The notes under the pieces: generated by a model
What the model was told of the DNA's origin: nothing
Seen by the model: the letters and a program-made list of their open reading frames with translations, nothing else
Databases searched by the model: none
Shown here: in pieces, positions 11,184-18,792 of the stretch
How the letters are laid out: the number at the start of each line of letters is the position of its first letter
Position numbering within the stretch: the first letter of the stretch is position 1
Translations under genes and position numbers: made by a program
NCBI GenBank assembly: GCA_050692175.1
Contig: JBOGTG010000034.1
Span: 965-64,964 of the forward strand
Length of the DNA: 64,000 bases
Reading direction: 5' to 3'
Origin: Candidatus Limnocylindria bacterium
GTDB lineage: Bacteria; Chloroflexota; Limnocylindria; P2-11E

Positions 11184-11352
11184 CTTGGTTCCCCTTTTCT
11201 TCCGGCTCGCCGCCGGTCTTTTCTGTGTTGGGGCAACTATCTCGTGGCGCGGACGTGCCCGGATGGGACCACAGGGGGGAACGCCTCTAGCCCATTGGGA
11301 CTACGACTACGCCGATCTGTGTCGTTTGAGCAGAGGTACTACGACCTCCGAG

Positions 11353-11676
11353 CTAGTCGCGCTTCTGCGAGAGCTGTTGCCCGAAAGTCGGGCCGCCGCG
11401 TCCCCAGGCTTCGAGCGTTTCGACGCGCTGCTTGCTCCACGAGCGCGCCCGCCACCAGAACACGGTGGCCGCTGCGAGGCTGACGAGGCACGCGGTGGGG
11501 AACACGATCGGCTGGAGATCCCACCAGAGCTGGAGCTGGCGTGCCGCGATCGCGACGCCGATGAACGCGAGCAGCTCCACCTCGAAGAGCAGGACCAGGA
11601 AGGTGAACGCGAACGAGGCCGCGCCGAACGAGCGCCGGCGGCGGTACGGAAAGGCGATATCGATGAGGCTGCTCAC
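11353..11676 (-). CDS. Hypothetical small membrane protein
   Basis: 107 aa with a GTG start, two or three hydrophobic helices and GC-rich third positions. It begins 11 nt downstream of purA. Confidence 0.5.
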   Translation of the reverse strand: MSSLIDIAFPYRRRRSFGAASFAFTFLVLLFEVELLAFIGVAIAARQLQLWWDLQPIVFPTACLVSLAAATVFWWRARSWSKQRVETLEAWGRGGPTFGQQLSQKRD

Positions 11677-11687
11677 GCCGGGCGATG

Positions 11688-12950
11688 TTAGAGGAGGGTC
11701 GCCGCGCGCTCAGGTCCAACGCCGATCATTCCGACCGGCGCGCCCACGGTCTCCCGGATCCGATCCAGGTATGCGATGGCCTTCGCGGGTAACGCCCGGC
11801 GCTCGGTCACGCCGGTGATGTCCGTCGCCCAGCCGTCGAGGGTCTCGTAGCAGGGCCGCGCTCGCTCCAGCGCGAGCGTCGTCGGCATGTCGGTCGTGCG
11901 CTTGCCGTCGAGCTCGTAGCTCGCGCAGAACGGGATCCGTTCGTACACGTCCAGGACGTCGAGCTTGGTCACGGCGAGCTCGGTGAAGGCGTTGAGGCGG
12001 TGGGCGTGGCGCGCCGCGACGGCGTCGAACCAGCCGACGCGCCGCGGGCGACCGGTGGTCGCGCCGTATTCGTGGGCCCGCTCGCGGAGCGCGGTGGCCT
12101 CATCGCCGCGCAGCTCGGTCGGAAAAGGACCCTCGCCGACGGCCGTCGAGTACGCCTTCACGACTCCGATCACGCGCGTGATCCTGCGCGGCGGGATGCC
12201 TGCCCCGACACTCGCGCCTCCCGCGAGCGGATTCGAGCTTGTCACGTACGGGTAGATGCCCCAGTCGAGATCGCGCATCGCACCGAGCTGCCCTTCGAGC
12301 AGCACGCGCGCATCCCTGGACAGCGCGGACTCCACGAGAGGAAGAGTGTCGACGATGCGATCGCCGAGCCTCGCCGCGGCGGCGAGGACACCGTCGGCGA
12401 CCTCCTCGGGGTCAAGTGGCGCGTCGCCGAAGCGCTCCAGGATGGCGTTCTTGGTCTCGAGCTCCCGCTTGACGCGGCCGCGGAAACGCTTCGGGTCGAG
12501 CACCTCGTAGACCTGTATCCCGTGCCGGCCGACCTTGTCCGAATACGCGGGCCCCACGCCCATGCCGGTGGTCCCCAGCTTCTTGCGTCCGCGCTCCCGC
12601 TCGTCGAGGCGGTCGAGCGCGATGTGCCATGGCATGAGGAGGTGCGCGCGGTCACTCACGCGGAGGTTCGCGGTCGAAATCCCGCTCCGCTCTAGCTCAG
12701 CGAGCTCGCGACAGAGGAAGGCGAGGTCGACGACGCACCCGGGACCCAGCACGCAGAGGGCTTCTGGATTGAAGATCCCGCTTGGGACGAGGTGGAGCTT
12801 GAAGGTGCCGTGCTGGTTGACGACGGTGTGACCGGCGTTGTTGCCGCCCTGGAATCGGATGACCACATCCGCCTCCTGCGCCAGGAGGTCCGTGATCTTG
12901 CCTTTGCCCTCGTCGCCCCACTGAGCACCGACGATGGCCGTCACCGGCAC
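11688..12950 (-). CDS. purA: Adenylosuccinate synthetase PurA
   Basis: 420 aa. Contains GAQWGDEGKGK, GGNNAGHT and TTGRPRR motifs. Confidence 0.95.
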   Translation of the reverse strand: MPVTAIVGAQWGDEGKGKITDLLAQEADVVIRFQGGNNAGHTVVNQHGTFKLHLVPSGIFNPEALCVLGPGCVVDLAFLCRELAELERSGISTANLRVSDRAHLLMPWHIALDRLDERERGRKKLGTTGMGVGPAYSDKVGRHGIQVYEVLDPKRFRGRVKRELETKNAILERFGDAPLDPEEVADGVLAAAARLGDRIVDTLPLVESALSRDARVLLEGQLGAMRDLDWGIYPYVTSSNPLAGGASVGAGIPPRRITRVIGVVKAYSTAVGEGPFPTELRGDEATALRERAHEYGATTGRPRRVGWFDAVAARHAHRLNAFTELAVTKLDVLDVYERIPFCASYELDGKRTTDMPTTLALERARPCYETLDGWATDITGVTERRALPAKAIAYLDRIRETVGAPVGMIGVGPERAATLL

Positions 12951-12961
12951 GTATTCGAATG

Positions 12962-13543
12962 CTATCCCGCGCGCTGCCCCACGACCAGCGCTCCGAGCTT
13001 CGCGAGCTCGACGAGGGTGAGGCTGCGCGATGGTTCACTCGTCCACCAGAAGCTCGGGTCCCAATCCGGATCTTCGGCGGGCCGATTCCGCAAGGTGAGC
13101 GAGACCCGTCGGAACTCGCGCTCGAACAGCAAGGCGGCCCGCCGCTGGTGATAGGGGCTCGTCACGAGGATCGCGGAGCGGAGCCCGCGCGTGCGCATGA
13201 GCTCCGCGACCTGATTCGCGTTCTCCTCCGTCGTCGCCGAGGTTCCTTCCACGACGATCGCGTCCGCCGGGACACCAGCCGCGACGGCCGTGCGCTTCAT
13301 GAGCTCGGCCGAGGCCACCGACTCGGGGTCGCGCGACCCCCCGGAGAAGATGACGACCGGCGCGTACCCCTGCTTCCACAGCGCGATCGCGCTGTCGGCT
13401 CGGGCCCCCGTGTCACCGGAGATGGCAACGATGGCATCGGCCTTGGTCAGGGGATCGGTCACATCGAGCCAGTGCCCGACTCCCACGAGCACGGCGACGA
13501 TCGCGATCACGCCCATGAGGAAACCCAGAAGGAAGCGTCTCAC
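12962..13543 (-). CDS. YdcF/SanA/ElyC-family (DUF218) membrane-anchored protein
   Basis: 193 aa. N-terminal transmembrane segment, then AIVAISGD...VIFSGG...TSATTEENA...VTSPYHQRRA. Confidence 0.8.
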   Translation of the reverse strand: MRRFLLGFLMGVIAIVAVLVGVGHWLDVTDPLTKADAIVAISGDTGARADSAIALWKQGYAPVVIFSGGSRDPESVASAELMKRTAVAAGVPADAIVVEGTSATTEENANQVAELMRTRGLRSAILVTSPYHQRRAALLFEREFRRVSLTLRNRPAEDPDWDPSFWWTSEPSRSLTLVELAKLGALVVGQRAG

Positions 13544-13576
13544 GGGCAGACGGGATGCAGGAAAGGGGCCGGTCGA

Positions 13577-13888
13577 TCAGTTCGTCGCGATCGGATCGGT
13601 CGCGGTGCGACGCGCCTCGAAGCACTCCGAGCAGTAGACGGGTCGATCCGTCCGCGGCGCGAAGGGCACTTGCCCCGGGCGGCCGCAGTTGGAGCACACG
13701 ATGTCGTGCATGCTCTGCGCTCTCGCCGCGGCGCGCTCGGCCTTGGCTCGGCGCCGGCAATCGGGGCAGCGCTGCGGCTCATGGAGCAAGCCTTTCTGCG
13801 CGTAGAACTCCTGCTCGCCGGCGGTCCACACGAACGGATTCCCGCATTCGCGGCAAACCATGTCTTTGTCGGTCAACGCCATCGCCAT
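13577..13888 (-). CDS. Zinc-ribbon protein with two CxxC...CxxC modules
   Basis: 103 aa from MAMALTDKDMVCRECGNPF...CPDCRR...CSNCGRPG...CSECFE. Confidence 0.7.
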   Translation of the reverse strand: MAMALTDKDMVCRECGNPFVWTAGEQEFYAQKGLLHEPQRCPDCRRRAKAERAAARAQSMHDIVCSNCGRPGQVPFAPRTDRPVYCSECFEARRTATDPIATN

Positions 13889-13923
13889 ACGCGTGCTCCC
13901 CGGCGGAATCCTATGCCGAACGG

Positions 13924-14844
13924 TCAAGCGCCCCCTCGGCGAGGCGCCCCCTCGGCCAGGGCGGTGAGCCGAAGCCCTTCGCTTAGCGGGGTCTTCGGCC
14001 GCCAGAGCCCTTCGTGCGCGGCCTTCGAGGGATCGACGCACCCGCGGAGGACCTCGCTCGGCCGAGCCGGGGCGCTCCGGATCCCCGGCGGAGGGCCGAG
14101 TACCGCGGCAAGAGCGGTCACGAGCTCGTTCACGCTTGTCGCGACGCCGGTGCCGATGTTGAAGACGCCGGCCTGCGTTCCGGCGAGCGCGGCCAGTACC
14201 GACTCGACGACGTCGGCGATGTACACGTAGTCGCGCTCATAGCTGCCGTCGCCGAACACCGTGATCGGCTCGCCGCGCTTCCAGCAGCCGACGAAGATCG
14301 CGACCACCCCGCCCTCGAGGTCCTTGCGCTGGCGTGGACCGTAGATGTTCGCGAGGCGCAGCGTGACGGCCCTGAGGTCTGACGCGTCCACGAGCTTCTC
14401 GGCCTTGGCTTTGAAGCGTCCGTAGTTGGATTGCGGATCGACGGGAACGGTCTCGTCCGCACAGACCGGGGTCTCACCGTAGATCGCGCCGCCCGTCGAG
14501 ATGTTGACGAAGATCGAGGCGCCCAGACGCCGCGAGGTCTCGAGCACGTTGCGGGTCCCGCCGACGATCACGCGCTCGTAGAGCTCACTCTTCTCCATCG
14601 ACTCCACGACCTTGGTCTTCGCGGCGCAGTGGACGACGCCGGAGATCCGGTGGGTGCGAAGCTCGCGCTGGAGCGCGGAGAGGTCGGCGATATCCGCGAT
14701 GCGCAAGTCGGCGTGTGGATTGACGTTCGCGCGATCGCCCGTCGAGAGATCGTCGATCACCAGGACATCGTCGCCGCGTGCGACGAGCGCATCGACAACG
14801 TGACTCCCGAGGAATCCCGCGCCGCCAGTCACAAGGACGCGCAA
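13924..14844 (-). CDS. NAD-dependent epimerase/dehydratase (GalE-like SDR)
   Basis: 306 aa. Contains VLVTGGAGFLGSH and the catalytic YGRFK (YxxxK). Confidence 0.85.
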   Translation of the reverse strand: MRVLVTGGAGFLGSHVVDALVARGDDVLVIDDLSTGDRANVNPHADLRIADIADLSALQRELRTHRISGVVHCAAKTKVVESMEKSELYERVIVGGTRNVLETSRRLGASIFVNISTGGAIYGETPVCADETVPVDPQSNYGRFKAKAEKLVDASDLRAVTLRLANIYGPRQRKDLEGGVVAIFVGCWKRGEPITVFGDGSYERDYVYIADVVESVLAALAGTQAGVFNIGTGVATSVNELVTALAAVLGPPPGIRSAPARPSEVLRGCVDPSKAAHEGLWRPKTPLSEGLRLTALAEGAPRRGGA

Positions 14845-14864
14845 CTCCGAGCCGCTCCTTTCAG

Positions 14865-14947
14865 ATTGGACGAACCGGATGTACTTCGTACGCTCGCCAG
14901 CTTCGCTGGCTCGTTGTGGACGAACTAGTGGAGGAGATGGTGGACAA
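14865..14947 (+). promoter_or_regulatory. Cluster of DnaA-box-like 9-mers upstream of the dnaB pair
   Basis: TGTGGACGA (14915..14923) and GGTGGACAA (14939..14947) each match 8/9 to TGTGGACAA, the complement of the high-GC Gram-positive box TTGTCCACA. ATTGGACGA (14865..14873) matches 6/9. All three are in the same orientation. Confidence 0.3.
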
Positions 14948-15046
14948 CGGACCTTCTACCGCAGCGAGGTCGAAGCTAACGTTTTCGCCAGCGCGCGGGG
15001 CTTCCGCCGCGTAGCGCGTGCGGCGGGGGCACACTCTATCTTTACC

Positions 15047-15065
15047 AGAACGTCTGTTCTAAACT
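15047..15065 (+). promoter_or_regulatory. LexA (SOS, Cheo-type) box abutting a -10-like hexamer, directly upstream of dnaB paralog 1
   Basis: Palindrome AGAACGTCTGTTCT at 15047..15060 (GAAC-N4-GTTC). TAAACT at 15060..15065. ATG at 15076. Confidence 0.5.
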
Positions 15066-15075
15066 GGCGGATCTC

Positions 15076-16404
15076 ATGACCCTCGAGACACGCGCACCCG
15101 ATCGTCAGGTCCCCTTCGATGAGGCGGCCGAGCAGCAGGTCATCGGAAGCCTGCTCATCGATCGCGACGCGATCTTCAAGGTCGCCGACCTCCTGCGAGT
15201 CGACGATTTCTACGTTCCGCGACATCAGCGGATCTACGACGCGGCGCAGGCGCTGCTCGAGCGGCGAGAGCGGATCGATCCGCTCACCATCCAGATGGAG
15301 CTCGCGCGACGTGAGGAGCTCGATCGGGCGGGGGGTCAGGCCTACCTGCGCACGCTCGCGGAGGGCGTCCCGACCGCGGCAGAGATCGAGCGCTACGGCC
15401 GGATCGTTCGCGACCGCGCCATCCTGCGGCGCCTTTTGGGCGCCGCCACTTCGATCGCCGCCGACGCGTACGACGAGCCGACGGATATCCCGCTCGCGCT
15501 CGACCGCGCCGAGCAGCGTCTCTTCGCGCTTCGCGACGAGTCGGCGAACGCGCAGCTCCGCCACATCACCGCTTCGCTACAGGCGAACTACGAGCACCTC
15601 ACGGACCGCATGGAGCGTCCGTTCGAGGTGAGCGGGATCCCGTCCGGCTTCCGGGAGGTCGACTACTACACCGAAGGGTTCACCGTCGGGGATCTGATCG
15701 TCCTCGCCGCGCGGCCTTCCGTGGGGAAGACGAGCCTCGCGCTCGGGATGAGCTTCAACGTCGCGCGGCGTGGCCACCCCGTGTTGCTCTTCTCGCTCGA
15801 GATGGATGCCAAGCAGATCGTCTCCCGCTACCTGGCGCTGAACTCACGCATGGACCTCCTCGCGCTCCGAACCGGCAACATCATCGACACGGAGGCCGCG
15901 GCTGCGCTGCACGGCCTCCCGGTGTTCATCGACGACACGCCGGGCATCTCGATCATGGAGCTCCGGACGAAGGCCCGCCGCGCCAGCACGCACGAAAAGA
16001 TCGAAGTGATCATCGTCGACTACGTCCAGCTCATCCGCACCGGCGAGGATGACGAGAATCGCGTACAAGAGATCGCGACGATCACGCGGAATCTGAAGTC
16101 GCTGGCGCGCGAGCTTGGCGTCGTCGTGATCGGACTCTCGCAGCTGTCCCGCGCCGCGGGCGACGCCGGCGGAGAGCCGAAGCTGTCGACACTTCGTGAA
16201 GGCGGTAGCTTGGAGCAAGATGCCGACATCGTGATCATGCTGTGGCGCGACCGCGAGGAGACGCCGGCCGGCGCGCCGCGGCTCATCAACGGCGCCGTAG
16301 CGAAGAACCGCAACGGCCCGACCGGCGGATTCCAGCTTCTCTTCGAAAGCGAGCAGGCGAAGTTCTTCTCGAAGGCCTCCGACGACAGCGGGCCGCCGGC
16401 ATGA
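15076..16404 (+). CDS. dnaB: Replicative DNA helicase DnaB family, paralog 1 (less canonical)
   Basis: 442 aa. N-terminal domain AEQQVIGSLLID...; Walker A ARPSVGKTS; FSLEMD; Walker B IIVDYVQLI; SQLSR...LREGGSLEQDAD; KNRNGPTG. Confidence 0.9.
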   Translation: MTLETRAPDRQVPFDEAAEQQVIGSLLIDRDAIFKVADLLRVDDFYVPRHQRIYDAAQALLERRERIDPLTIQMELARREELDRAGGQAYLRTLAEGVPTAAEIERYGRIVRDRAILRRLLGAATSIAADAYDEPTDIPLALDRAEQRLFALRDESANAQLRHITASLQANYEHLTDRMERPFEVSGIPSGFREVDYYTEGFTVGDLIVLAARPSVGKTSLALGMSFNVARRGHPVLLFSLEMDAKQIVSRYLALNSRMDLLALRTGNIIDTEAAAALHGLPVFIDDTPGISIMELRTKARRASTHEKIEVIIVDYVQLIRTGEDDENRVQEIATITRNLKSLARELGVVVIGLSQLSRAAGDAGGEPKLSTLREGGSLEQDADIVIMLWRDREETPAGAPRLINGAVAKNRNGPTGGFQLLFESEQAKFFSKASDDSGPPA

Positions 16405-17729
16405 CTTTGCAAACCGACCGCGGCGTCAAGCCACCGCCGGAGAAACCCGAGGCCGAGGCTTCGCTCCTCGGGGCGATGCTCATGGACGGCGCGCTCTACA
16501 ACGAGGTCGCGCGCGGGCGCCTGGGACCAGCCGACCTATCGCGCGCGCAGCATCGCATCGTGCTCGCGGCGATCGCGCGCGTTGCGGAGCGCAGCGAGCG
16601 GGTCGGATTCGCGACCGTGCAGTCGGACCTCGTGGCGCACGACGAGATCGAGGCGATCGGCGGAGCTCAGTTCCTCGTCGGCCTGATGCAGAACGTGCCT
16701 ACGGTTGCGCACGCCTCGAGTTACGCGACGATCGTCGAGCGCACCGCCCTCCTTCGTCGCCTCATCGGGGTCGCGAACGAGATCGCGCGCCTCGCGCTCA
16801 CCCGCGAAGACTCGGCCGCCGCGGTGACGGACGCGCAGGAGCTTCTCTTCGCAGTAAGCGAATCGACCCTCCATCGCGACATCGTTCCGCTCGATGTTGC
16901 GCTCCGCCGTTATGCGGAGCAGGTCGACGCGCGCGGCGATCTTCGCGTTGGCATTCGCACCGGGATAGAGTCACTCGACAAGAAGACCGGTGGCCTCCAG
17001 CCTTCTGACCTGATCCTCATCGCGGGCCGTCCCGGCCTTGGCAAGACGAGCCTCGCCCTCAACGTCGTCGAGCACGCCGCTGTCGTGCAACACAAGACCT
17101 GCGCCTTCTTTTCGATGGAGATGAGCGAGATGCAGGTCGTCCAGCGTCTTGTCTCGATGCTCGCCGAGATCGACGGCAATCGAATGCGCCGCGGCCGCCT
17201 CTCCACGCAGGAGTTCACCGCGATCTCCGCCGCGTCGAGCGAGCTGCAGCAGGCGCCGATCTTCGTCGAGGAGTCGAGCCGCCTCAATGTGACCGATATC
17301 CTCGCGAAGTCGCGACGTCTTCAGGCCGAGCGTGGCCTCGACCTCGTTGTGATCGACTACCTGCAGCTCATCGAAGGCAACGATAACGAGGAGAGCCGGG
17401 TTCTCGAGGTCGCCCGCATCAGCCGCGCGCTCAAAGCGATCGCGCGCGAGCTCGAGGTCCCGGTGGTCGCGCTCTCGCAGCTCTCGCGGCAGATCGAGCA
17501 GCGCGGCACCGAGCCGATGCTTTCAGATCTTCGCGAATCGGGCGCCCTCGAGGCCGACGCCGATCTGGTCATGTTCCTTTGGCAGAAGGACCGCAAGGAT
17601 CGCGAGGAGGGTGTGGTCCGCCTCAAGCTCGCGAAACATCGCAACGGACCGACGGGCGATTTCGACCTGCACTTCCAGTCCGACCTCACGCGGTTCCGCG
17701 ATCTTGGCGAGACGCGCGATGGCGCCTAA
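16401..17729 (+). CDS. dnaB: Replicative DNA helicase DnaB family, paralog 2 (more canonical)
   Basis: 442 aa from ATG 16401, which overlaps the paralog 1 stop (ATGA). Contains AEASLLGAMLMD, GRPGLGKTS, FSMEMS, VVIDYLQLI, SQLSRQIEQRGTEPMLSDLRESGALEADAD and KHRNGPTG. Confidence 0.9.
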   Translation: MTLQTDRGVKPPPEKPEAEASLLGAMLMDGALYNEVARGRLGPADLSRAQHRIVLAAIARVAERSERVGFATVQSDLVAHDEIEAIGGAQFLVGLMQNVPTVAHASSYATIVERTALLRRLIGVANEIARLALTREDSAAAVTDAQELLFAVSESTLHRDIVPLDVALRRYAEQVDARGDLRVGIRTGIESLDKKTGGLQPSDLILIAGRPGLGKTSLALNVVEHAAVVQHKTCAFFSMEMSEMQVVQRLVSMLAEIDGNRMRRGRLSTQEFTAISAASSELQQAPIFVEESSRLNVTDILAKSRRLQAERGLDLVVIDYLQLIEGNDNEESRVLEVARISRALKAIARELEVPVVALSQLSRQIEQRGTEPMLSDLRESGALEADADLVMFLWQKDRKDREEGVVRLKLAKHRNGPTGDFDLHFQSDLTRFRDLGETRDGA

Positions 17730-18172
17730 GCCGGCTCGATCGCGACTGTCACGTTCGCGCGCACATCGGAGAGCAGGCGCACCTCGACCTTGTGGACCCC
17801 GAGTGAGCGCAGGGGCTCAAGCAGGACGATCTTCGTCTTGTCGATCTCGGCCTTCGCTTCTTTCTTTAGAGCCTCGGCTACCTCCTTCGCCGTGACGCTC
17901 CCGAAAGTCTTGCCCTGCTCCCCCGCCTTCAGCCGGAACACGAGCGTGACCTCGCCGAGGCGCTTCGCGAGCTCCTGGGCGTCCTCGTGCGCGCGATCTT
18001 TCTTCGTCTTCTCGGCCTGCCGTTCCTGCGCGAGGTGTTTGAGCTCGCTGCCGGTCGCCTCGATGGCGAGGCCCTTCGGGAGCAGGTAGTTAAGCGCATA
18101 GCCATCGGCGACGTCCTTGATCTCACCGGTCCGACCGAGGCCGCGGACTTCGGCCTTGAGGATGACGCGCAC
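17726..18172 (-). CDS. rplI: 50S ribosomal protein L9
   Basis: 148 aa: MRVILKAEVRGLGRTGEIKDVADGYALNYLLPKGLA... Convergent with dnaB paralog 2; the two stop codons overlap. Confidence 0.93.
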   Translation of the reverse strand: MRVILKAEVRGLGRTGEIKDVADGYALNYLLPKGLAIEATGSELKHLAQERQAEKTKKDRAHEDAQELAKRLGEVTLVFRLKAGEQGKTFGSVTAKEVAEALKKEAKAEIDKTKIVLLEPLRSLGVHKVEVRLLSDVRANVTVAIEPA

Positions 18173-18178
18173 GTGGGC

Positions 18179-18358
18179 CTAGGAGGAGGTGGACGCCTCG
18201 TCGAGCGCCGTGTCCTGCTCGCTGCGCCGCAGCTCCATTTCCCAGGCGAGCACCGACGCCGCGACGGCCAGGACCCCCATGACAGTGAGAGCGCCGACGA
18301 TCGCGAGCAGTGCCTCGATGACACCGAAGAAGCCGGGACCGGAGTCGCGGTCGCTCAT
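18179..18358 (-). CDS. Hypothetical 59-aa single-pass membrane protein (below the ORF-track length cutoff)
   Basis: Own translation: MSDRDSGPGFFGVIEALLAIVGALTVMGVLAVAASVLAWEMELRRSEQDTALDEASTSS. GC-rich third positions. Its ATG overlaps the stop of the upstream DUF1232 gene (ATGA at 18355..18358). Confidence 0.45.
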   Translation of the reverse strand: MSDRDSGPGFFGVIEALLAIVGALTVMGVLAVAASVLAWEMELRRSEQDTALDEASTSS

Positions 18359-18792
18359 GTACTTCCCCTCTTACGACCTGTCGTCTTGTGGTCGCGCGCG
18401 CGGAGCTTCTCCACAGTATCGCGGACGTCGCCGAGGCGGTCTCCGAGGAGCCGCTCGGCCGTCGCCACGTCGCGACGGAGCTGATCCTTGTCTTGCGAGA
18501 TCTTGGCGAGGTGCTCCTCGACGATGTCGGCGGGTGCGCTCCGGATGAAGAGGTCGAGGCCGAGCAGCACCACGGCTAGGTCGTCCAGCTGGCCGAGCAC
18601 CGGCACGAAGTCCGGGATCAGGTCGATCGGAAAGAAGAGATACGCGCCGATCCCCGCGAGGATGAGCTTCTGCCCGGCCGGGATCCGACCATCGCGAAGA
18701 AGCGCCCACGTCAAACGGATGTAGGTCGGCAGGCGACGGATGAGCTCCACCACCTCGGCCATGTCCTTCGGGGCGCGGATGCGGTTAGCCAC
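18355..18792 (-). CDS. DUF1232 / YkvA-family membrane protein
   Basis: 145 aa with the PIDLIPDFVPVLGQLDD motif. Confidence 0.8.
   Translation of the reverse strand: MANRIRAPKDMAEVVELIRRLPTYIRLTWALLRDGRIPAGQKLILAGIGAYLFFPIDLIPDFVPVLGQLDDLAVVLLGLDLFIRSAPADIVEEHLAKISQDKDQLRRDVATAERLLGDRLGDVRDTVEKLRARDHKTTGRKRGST

Noticed and set aside
14845-15075. Possible chromosomal replication origin, given the DnaA-box-like motifs next to helicase genes.
   Set aside because: There is no AT-rich unwinding element. Only two strong boxes are present. dnaA and dnaN are not nearby. It is treated instead as possible DnaA-dependent regulation.
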